Assembly (NCBI GenBank): GCA_033442325.1
Contig: JAWQFM010000008.1
Span: forward strand, 643,380-707,379
Direction: 5' to 3'
Source of the DNA: Salpingoeca rosetta
Taxonomy: Eukaryota; Protista; Choanoflagellata
DNA: 64,000 nt
Every line of letters starts with the position of its first letter. Position 1 is the stretch's first letter. The translations under genes were made by a program, and so were the position numbers. Below, in pieces: positions 27,958-42,304 of this stretch. Below the pieces are notes generated by a model, which was not told the origin of the DNA, searched no databases, and saw only the letters and a program-made list of their open reading frames with translations.

Positions 27958-30900
27958 CTAGGGCGGCGACGACGAGTGTGGCAAGTGGTGTTCGTCTGTG
28001 CTGTGCATGGCCTCTTGCAATGCCTCCATGGACACCTGCAAAAGTACAACGAACAGGGCACGGAAGAAAGAGGAGGAGGTGAGCTGCAGCGCACGCAAGA
28101 GGGATGTGGCAGACAGAACATGAAGGTGGTAGTTTGAGCAAACACACGAGTTTCAGTTACAAACAGGTAGATGGCAAAGCTGATCAACACATGTGTGCGT
28201 GCGTGTGTCTCACCCCACTGCCGCCAGCGGCAAGGTCAGGCTGCCTCACCTCGTGTAGTGGAAGCGGGGACAGGGGCGGCAGCGGCGGCTGGGGGACCGT
28301 GGTCGGGTTGTCCAGCGCTGATGACGTTGGTGGCGCCGTTGCGTGCTCGTGCATGGGGAGCGACAGAGGGTTGTGGATGGGCGGGGACAGGTGGCCCATC
28401 GCGGGTATTGCCGGCGCGTCCGGGTGGTGCGGGTTGGAGTGGTGTGGCGAGTGCTGCTGATGCAGGTGAGGGTGCAGGTGCGAGGGATCCGCAGTGGGGT
28501 GCGCAGCGAGCATGCCACCGTCAGGCGCATGGTGGTGCCCTGGTATGGCATGAGTCGTGGCTGGAGCAGCTCCGTGCGACGCGTGCTCGGGATTCGTGGC
28601 ATCAGCCTCGCCCTCGGCCTCATGCTCCTCGTCCTCCTCATCGTCGCTGCTCACAACGTACTGCTGGTCAGCACTCAAGCACCGCGGCCTGCACAACCAC
28701 GCCCGCCCGCAACACAACAGTGCGTTAGTCGTGGTGCCGGCAAATTGGGTGGGTGGCTGCGGCGGATTGGACGGGTGAAACGAGTCTTCTTGCAAAGAAC
28801 TTGGACCGAACGGCCACCGTGAAACGAAACGAAACGAAACGAAATGAAATGAAACGAACAGACAACACGGGCAACAAAGCAGCAACAGCAGCAACAGCAT
28901 CGGCGGCAGCAGGAACAAGGGCACACCTGAGCTTCTTCGTGTCGTAGTAGCAGCGAATCACGCTTCGCGTGGATCGGTTTGGGAGCTGAAGCGGCGAATG
29001 AATTTGCACAAGGATGGAGCACAAGCGGTCAGTGAGAAGCAGATGCTGTGACTGGCTGTGACTGGCTGAGACTGGGAACACGAATAACACTCACACAGAC
29101 AGCAACAGGCATAGACGCAGGCACGCGCACAGACTTACACGCACACACACACACACACACAAACAGGCATACAGACACACACACAAACAGACACACACAC
29201 ACACACACACAAACAGGCATACAGACACACACACAAACAGACACACACACACACACACACAAACAGGCATACAGACACACACAAACAGACACAAACAGAC
29301 AGACACACAGGTACACCCACCCACAAACACATGCAAATTCAAAAGCATGCGTCACCTGTGCTGCGATGCGGTGAAAGTGGCGGTTTTCTGAGAGGACGAG
29401 CTGGTGCAAACGCTGAATCTCCTCAGACGTCCACGGGTGCGGCTCCTGAACACACGCACAACCACAGATACAGCGACAGCAACAAGGGTGACAGCAATCA
29501 TCAGTGCAGTGCACCCGGAGCGGCGAGACGTGAGATTTGGAATGAGAAGCATACCAATGCAAGGGGCGTGCAACGTCAGCGCATGACGTTGTGTGAGCAT
29601 TCTGCTGGCCCTGTTCCCTCTCCCCATTGACTGACGAAACCAACACGAACCAATGCAGACAATGAGTCAGGCGAAAAGACACACAGGAAGAAAAGAAAAT
29701 GAGAGAGAGAGAGAGGAAGCGTACAATGTATGCCGCCATGGCGCTGCGGGCTGCCTCCGGGTCGTAGTTGTGGTGGAAAAGGGCCGTGAGCGCGTGTTCA
29801 TAGCGCTCATCCCGCCCGCGATACAAATCTTCATACGCACGCAGCGCAGACGCCGACAGCCCTGAAGGGAAAGAGGAAGGGGGCGGGGGAGAAGAGGACA
29901 CAGCCACGCAGCCACGCAGCCATCGCACCACAGCCAGCAGCCACGCCAAGACAGTGGGTGGTGAGAAGCCATCGGGCAGCGGTGAACCATCTCCACAACA
30001 ACGCCATGCATGCAAACAAAATCCACTGCAGGTGTGACAATGCACACACTCATGGTACCAAGCGTGCAACAAGCACGGCATGCGCAACACGAGACGACAG
30101 CTCACCTGCACCTGGCGGAATAGGGGCCCAGACCTTGTTTGCCGTTTCCCCTCTGAAGCAGCACGTGCAGTTGATGGGATGAAGCGTGAGCGCAGGGCGA
30201 GGAATGCAGAAACACAACTGTGCACGAGACAAACACACGACCAACACACGCGCACACAAAACGAAACTGAACGCAGAAGCACGGAGAATGAAGGGGCGTA
30301 GCGTCGTCATCTTCAGTGCACACACACACACACACGCACGCACACACGCACACACACACACACACACCGGATTGGCTCGCTTGCATCCATGGCGTTGGAG
30401 ACCTGGGCCTGGTACTCTGCACCAATCTTGGGCTGCGGTGCACGCAACCACGCAAGCGCAGCGGCAGATGCAGGCGAATGAGGGGCACATTTTTCAGTGG
30501 TGGTGACGTGAATGAGCCCGACACTCCTCTCTTACGGTGACAATACCAACGCCCACATCTCTCTTGTTGATGTGGGATGAGGCTGTTTGTTGTGGTGGTG
30601 TTGGTGGGATGGTGGTGGTGAGATGGCGGTGAGATGGAGACGATAACTGTGGTGGCTGTGGTGGTGGTAGCGCACCGGCTTGTACGACGAGACGTATTCC
30701 TCGTCAATGGCTGCATCCTCAGCAGCACGCCGCATGTACTGCAGGAATGGATCCGTCTCCTCCACGTCAGAACACCACTCCTCATCCTCCTCTTCTTCCA
30801 GCCCTCCCTCATTGCCATCACCAGCACGAGCACCACCAGCACGACCACCTTCATCATCGCCACTGCTTCTGTCGACGGCGGAGGCTGCGGCTGTTGGATG

Positions 30901-31408
30901 TGCCGCTCTCGGTCCCGTTGATAACGAAGTCGTGTCTTCCGACGAGGAGGGTGTTGCTGTTGCTGTTGTTGTTGTTGTTGCTGCTGTTGCTGTCGTCGTC
31001 GCTGCTGCTGTGCCAGAGTCTGACGGGGAGGCTGTATCATCATCATCCTTCAGTTTCGGTCGTTTTGACGCCTGTACCTCTCCACTATCGCTTTGCTGCT
31101 GCTGCTGCTGTTGTTGTTGTTGTCGTTTCTGCTGTTGTTCTGCCGCAACAGCAGCGGTGACAGCGGCAGAAGCGGTGGCAGCGGCTCTCCTCTTTCTCCT
31201 CCCTCGAGGAGGTCGAGCAGCACCATCACCTGCACCAGTTGTCGCTTCCTTATTCGCACCTACTGCCGTCAATGCTTGTTCTTTTCTCTCTTCTTCCATA
31301 CTCGCCCCATCATCCTTGCCATCGCCATCGCCATCACCGTCACCGCCCCCGTAGTACTTCGCCATCAGCTCCTCCACACTCAATTCGTTGTCCTGCAGAG
31401 AGCCCGAT

Positions 31409-31481
<73 letters not shown>

Positions 31482-31640
31482 GCAGTGTTGACGCGGAGCA
31501 CCAAGGTGACGCGAGTGACCAGCAAAAGCAACCATGGGGCGGGGTGATGAGGATTGCACACATGAGGCGTGCGCGCACGCACAGTCACGCCTCGACGTAC
31601 ATGTGCTGGCGCATCGTGACACACGTAGATACACACACAC

Positions 31641-31676
<36 letters not shown>

Positions 31677-33915
31677 CACAACACAACACAACACAACACA
31701 ACACAACACAACACAACACAACACACACGCATGCACACACACACACACGCACACACACACACACACACAGCACAACACAACACAGAGCGTGGTGTGCGCA
31801 CCGCCTGGAGGTCTGCGAGTTCGTCGTCGTCGTCACCGAGCGCCTCCTCGTCCTCCCGCAGCGTCGTTTCGTCGTCGTCGTCGCCATCGCCGTCGTCCGC
31901 AGGGTCGTAGTCAACCCCTGCGGGTTGGTTGGTTCGTTGTGTGTGCGCGTGCAAACGATGTCAGCATGCCAAGGACACACGCACACACACACACAGACGG
32001 AGACACAGACACAAACACACAGACAGGCGGACAGACAGACACCAACCTGACTCACGCAAGCGCATGTGTCCTTCTTACCTGGTGGAACTTCCGGATCTTC
32101 GCTCCAGTCTGTGACAACGGCCGCGCCGCCCTCCACGCTCATGTGGAAGCGACGGAAATACACAAAGCTCGTGTCAGGTGACACCTGTTTACATACACAT
32201 GTGTGTGTGTGTGTGAGAGAGAGGGTAAGTGAGTGAGTGAGCAAGCCACGCACGCACACACATACACACAGTGTGTGGGACATGAATAGCGAGCAGCAGC
32301 AACGCGAACAACAGGGTTTGTGCGCGTGCATGTGTGTGTCAGTGTGTGCGTGTGTGTGACCTTGAACTTGATGGACCACTGTGCTGGGGCGTTCTTGAAT
32401 GCGCGAAAGGGCCGCATGGTGTACGTCGCGCCGTACGGGCCCTTGGACTTGTACCTGCAGCATACCCGCACCCACACATTCCGGGCAGTGAGGGCAACAA
32501 CAAGCACAACACAAGAAAAGGAAGAGGAACACACAATCGAAGCGGATGCCCCATCTTCAAGAGGAGCTACGCGCACGCAGGTGTGGCGGCCAGACAGCTA
32601 TGATAGATGAAGTCAACCGTCGTGGGCTGAGCGGCACACACCATTCTGCTGCGAGGGACATGGCTGTCTCCGGGCAGACGGCAGCCAAGATGGCCTGGTT
32701 GTCTGCGGTGGACAGGTCAGGTGCGCCATACAGCCTTCTCAGTTCGTCGACAGAGAGTTCTTGTTCCTGCAGGCAGACAAGAACCGACACAGCATGTGAG
32801 ACGCCATCACACCCGCAAATCATTTTCAACCGCACATGCGAGAAAGACAAGGGTTCATGGCTGTTTGATGCAGTGTGTGTCTGTGTGTGGTCGAAAGTAG
32901 CACACCCACATTCACACCTCCACACCCACATACACACACACACATACACGCACACACATGTACACACACGCACACACACACACCCATACCCACCCCCACA
33001 TCCACCCCCACATCCACACATCCACACACACACACCTGCTCCAGCATGGCGAGTTCCTCTGCAGCTTCCGCAGATGTAATGCGCAGGTTATCCTCATCAT
33101 CATCATCGTCATCGTCATCATCGTCGGGATTTTGTGGGTGGCCATTGTGTTGTTTCCGAGATGGAGAGTCTGTGCACAGTTTGAACATGCCAAGCAACGT
33201 GCAAGGCCAAGAGGGCGTAAGATCTGGCGCAATGAAATGTGTATGTGCGTGTGCGTGTGTATGTGCGTGTGTGTCGAAGAAAAAGCATGGTGGTGTAAGG
33301 TTCGATTGCTGTGGGGAGGGGTGGAAGCAAGTTCACCACCACCACCACCACCACCACCACCACCACCAGCATCCAAGACACCTTGAGGGGCATGGGCAGA
33401 GAGAACGGTTTTGCTCTGTGGATCAAAGGCAAAGTGCCGGGTGTACTTGACTGGCTCCTGGTCGGATGGTTCGCTGCTGTCTTTGGGTGCATTCTCAGCA
33501 TCGTGTGGCACCTGTGTCGAGCAGTGCAGTAAGGGGCACGGGAGGTGTGAGCGGGTGGCAGAGGTTGTGTTTCTTGGTGTCTTGTGTGAGAGTGAATGGG
33601 CCTGGGCAAGTCAGCAAAGATGATCCAACAACAAGCAAACGCCTCCTGTCGACACTCTGTGTAAAGGTTCTCGAGCTTTGGGCAGCGTGAACGCACATAC
33701 ATCGCAGACACGACGGTCAAATGCACACCGCAGTGACCATGCACACTGCAGTGAACCATGCATCGCACTCCAGGCAGACGCACCGTGTAGGAGATGGCAA
33801 AGTGTGTTGGGGACAGCTGGTGAACGCCCACAATTTGGATGCCTTCTACGTTGCTGTGGTGCTGCGCACACCACGCACGCGCCTGCGCCACCGCAGTGTC
33901 CTCATCCACGCTCAT
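27958..33915 (-). CDS. MIER: MIER-family ELM2-SANT chromatin co-repressor with an extended, internally duplicated N-terminus
   Basis: DDETTLREDEE...ELADLQA|DNELSVEELMAKYYG (cf. MIER1 DDERTLEEEE...MPIHELLSLYG). ELM2 PKIGAEYQAQV and YEHALTALFHHNYDPEAA. SANT PWTSEEIQRL...FHRIAAQ|LPNRSTRSVIRCYYDTKK. Whether the 5'-most exons belong to this gene is less certain. Confidence 0.75.
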
Positions 33916-34265
33916 CTCACACACACACTGGACGGCTACTGCTAACTTGCAGCAAACGAGTGTTTGCTCGGGTGTGTGTGGGAGGGAAATGCACATCTTC
34001 CTCTCCGCTGGCTGGATTTGCTTTGTCGTTGGCGGGGTGGATGTTCACTACTTTATATGCTGTCATTTTTCACCCACGTGGCGCGGCTGATGTGAGAAGA
34101 GGACAACGTGCTTACACCCATCCATCCACCATCCATCCATCCATCCATCCATCCACGCGTCCATCCGCACACACATCCGTACTCACGCATCCATCAGATC
34201 GCCTCTGCAGCAGCAGCAGCCCACACACACGCACACACGCACACACACAAGGCGGACGGTTCATC

Positions 34266-38430
<4,165 letters not shown>

Positions 38431-38958
38431 TGCTGGTTGAGCCCAACCCCCTGTCCTTACCCTCAATGGCCCGGAGCTGCCACCTCCTGTTCCCTCCTGT
38501 CTCCTTATACGCGCTGCGTGTATGTGTGTGTGTATATGTGTGTTTACATCTCCCTCTGGTATTCTCGTTGACCTTTGCTCGGGTCCTCACTGTCACCGTG
38601 GTTGTCTGATTCGCGTGCCGAGTGTTTGTTCATTGTTCATCAGCGAGAGTCACGCGCTCCTTGCCACTGGTTCGAGTCGTGGTGTGGTCTCTCGAGTGCG
38701 TGTTCTGTGTTGTTGCGCTCCGCTTTGATTGTTTCAGTCGATTATTCATTCGCAATACAAACCCTCCTAATGCGCCAGGCCAAAGACACTCGAATGCCAC
38801 GCATGAGCACAAGACCAAACAAACAAACAAACAAACAAACAAACAAACAAACAAACAAACAAACAAACACAGCACAGACACGCACACAAACACAGACAGA
38901 CACACAGACACACAGACACACACACACACACACACACAGACACACCATGCCTCCTCAA

Positions 38959-41055
38959 TCATTTGCGCCGCTTGGCCCGCTTGCTTCGCTGTCCGCTTGT
39001 GCTCGCCCGCCGCTGACTAGTTCGTCGAGCCTTGGCCTGGCGAGTGCTCCGTCTTCGCGTGCCAACTCCAAGACCAGCCACCGCTTCACCATCAGCCGCC
39101 TCCCCCTGTTCCTCATCCCCGCCTTCATCGTGCGCACCATCACCATCGCCATCATCACCATTACCACCGCGAGTGCTGTTGCGGGTTGATCGACGGCGTG
39201 TGCTTCGGCGCCCGCCCTCTGCCTCCACCACTGTTCCTGCTTCCGCCTGCGACGTCGACCGCCTCCCCGCTGCCGTTTGGCGCCGGGATCGTCGTGGCCG
39301 CGCCTTTCTCTCCTCCGCATCGGCACCGGCGTCGTCATCTTCCTTGTCAACTCCATGCTGCGTGTCATTCTGCGTCCTCCGAGCTCGTGTATTCCTCGTA
39401 CGCACACCACGCTGCTGTTCCTCTTGGTTGTCGCCCTTGTCGGTATTCCCTCCCGCTCTTCCTTCCCCTTCTTCCGCTGCGCCGTTGTTCTCGCCGGTCA
39501 CCCCACCTTCAGCCTTGCTTGGGCTCTCCTCCTCATCATGCTCCTCCTCCTCCTCCTCCTCATCATCATCATCATCACCATCGTCGTCGTCGTCCTCCTC
39601 CTCCTCGTCTTCTTCATCGTCATCCTCCTCCTCATCATCATCCTCATCATCATCCTCTTCTTCTTCGTCGTCATCGTCATCGTCATCATCCCCACCTTGC
39701 TCAACTTGGTTGGCTTCACCTGCCAGTCGCTGCAGAAGCATCGCCGACGCCGCTTGTGCCCGCTGTCGCATCAGCGCCTCGCGGCTCAGACCATGCCCGC
39801 TCGACTGCCCGGCTGATTTCACCGCCGCACTTGGCGTTTCGCGAGTGCTTGTATTGGCAGCGCTGCTCTCGCTCCCAGATGCCGACTGATGTGTGCCTGC
39901 CTTGTGCTGCCCAGCAGCGGGCTTGTCGACAGCCGTGCTGCCGTCTGCGGTTGTTGTGGCGCCCTCCAAGGCAGGGGCTGCCGGTCGCGCGGGTTTGGAG
40001 TCGTCGTCAGGTGTTGCGGACGCCGGTGTTGTGTTCTGTCTTGTGGAGGGCATAGGAGAGCCCTCTCTTGCTGTTGGAGTTGAGAGTGTCTTGCTCGCCT
40101 GCTGCTTGGCGAGTGCCTGGCGCTTGGCTTGCTTCTCTTCCAGATCGGCCTTGAATGCAGCCATGGCTTCGTCCAAATAGCCCTGTGACCAGCAACAAGT
40201 GCAGAACAAGGCTCATTAGTGGCGCATTCATACAAAGCGGTGAGCACACGGCACGTAAACGCAAACGCAGCTTGACATGCAGAAGACAACAGCACACTCG
40301 CATGCGTGAACCTCGAGCAAGCCATGGATTTTGTCCGTGTTTAAAGCACCCTCAACAGCCTTGCGCACAGCGGGCTCAAACACGGATCTACGCGAGGCCG
40401 TGCAGCGATTGCGACGGCAGTGCAATGAACATGCAGGCAGCGCGGTTAATACACGGGCGACTACAACACCAGCAAAAGTGGTTCGACATCAAACTTGTGC
40501 AGGAACGCATACACACAATTATGAACGACCACACCGCGCTTTCGCAAGACATACTGAAGCCAAAGATATGTGTGTAGCTACACGCAGAAGTGTGCACATA
40601 CACAAAAACATCAACAACAGCACACACGCGCACATGAACACACACACACCTGTCGACATGACGCAGGACAGAGGCTAGCAGTTGCTGTTGGCTGGTCCCT
40701 GCACTTGACAATAGCGCAAATTGTCTCTGGACTTCAGCTTTGGCCTTCTCTTCGGCTTCTCGCAGCAACCCCTGCTTTCCGCCATGCATTCGTTCCAAGG
40801 AAACGCCAACCCAGACATAACGTCAGCAGCGAGAAACAAAGACCACCACACACGACAGACGAAAAGGCTGCGGAGAAGGGGGGGGGAAGAAAGCCAGACC
40901 ACAAGCACACATGCAAGCGTGCTGCATCCAGCGTTACATTGCACACACGTACTTCGCACCTTCTCTGCTATGACGTCCTGCAGCTCATCCTGCAGGCGCT
41001 TGTATGCACCGGACGAGCTCAAGTGCTGCACCAACCCATCCACAACGCGAGCCAT
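38959..41055 (-). CDS. BOD1/Shg1-like N-terminal helical domain followed by a long acidic disordered region and a basic tail
   Basis: VVDGLVQHLSSSGAYKRLQDEL and SVFEPAVRKAVE resemble the ends of the Bod1 domain (LIVEQLKSRGLFD...IFRPQIERAI). Large last exon with a poly-D/E tract and an R/K-rich C-terminus. Confidence 0.5.
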
Positions 41056-41154
41056 CGTGTCTTCGCCAGACGTCTTGTTGCGGATAATTATCCAGCACGT
41101 TCATAATTGTCATCATCCACAACGACCACAACAGCCAACAACACAACATCGATC

Positions 41155-41932
41155 ATGTCCACGGTGGAGGAACTGCAGACGCTGCTGAATGGGGATGGAG
41201 CCGTGCTCATGCCGAGCCGAAGCAAGGACGAGGTGAGTGAGAGAACCTTGGAAAGAAAACGAACCCATTTGTCGTTTGAAAAGTAGAGCAGAGTGGCGTG
41301 TGCGTGCGTGTGTGTGTGTGTGTGTGTGTGGCGTGCGTCGAACAACCATGTCAACCAAAGTGCCGTCACCACCAAACAAGAGAAGATGACACACCTTCCG
41401 TGACGTGTATTGTGTTGACCATCCCAATCACCAAATCTCCTGCGTGCTGCCCCATCATGTTCAGGTGTGGCCAAGGTTGTGGGTGTCTGAAGCTGGCCCA
41501 GCAAAGGATCCTGCCGGGCTGAAGGAAAGCGGGTTCACCCACGTGCTCAACTGTAGCCAAGGCACAGGCTTTGGGCGATTGAACACCGATGACAGCTTCT
41601 ACTCCCAACACGGACTCAGCTTCCATGGCCTCTCTGTCGCAGACAGCGCCCGCAGCAACCTCATGGTGTTCTTTGAGGAAGCATGCGCCTTCATTCATGA
41701 TTCCATGTCAAGAGATGACGGCGTGGTGCTTGTCCACTGCATGGAAGGCTTCAGTCGAAGCCCGAGCATCGCCGCCGCCTACCTCATCAAGCACCACAAC
41801 ATGACAGCTGCCGAAGCACTCACACACATTCGAGCAAAGCGAGAGGTGTTCCCAAATGAAGGTTTTCTCAAGCAACTCTTGCAATGGCAGGAAACCATCC
41901 AACAAGCGTCGTCTGAAAAGGACAGCGCATGA
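41155..41932 (+). CDS. DUSP3: Atypical dual-specificity phosphatase, DUSP3/VHR-like, 2 exons (41155-41232, 41465-41932)
   Basis: TVEELQTLL...MPSRSKDE|VWPRLW, GFTHVLN, VLVHCMEGFSRSP catalytic loop (VHR: VHCREGYSRSP), PNEGFLKQL. Confidence 0.88.
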
Positions 41933-42304
41933 TGTGACTTCCGCCACGCCGTTTCCCTGTTTGTTTGCGTTGTGATTCTCTGAACCACCAGTCACATGGT
42001 GCACCGCTTGCGCTTCTTCCAACCCCCCCCCTCTTAACCTCAAAAGCAAGCTCTGCACTGCTTTCATCAATGGCTTTCTGGTCAGTATTCTGTTGAATAA
42101 ACGAACGAAACAGCGTACACATGTTGGCTAAGCTCGATGAAGGACGATGAAACGAAACAAAACAAAAGCAGAACAGAACACAAGACACACACACACGCAC
42201 GCACGCACAAGATGAGGTCACATCACAACACTTCGCAACCATGCCAGAACAGTTCAAACAGGACACGGAGACGTTCGTCCGCGACAACAAAAACGTGGAA
42301 GACG

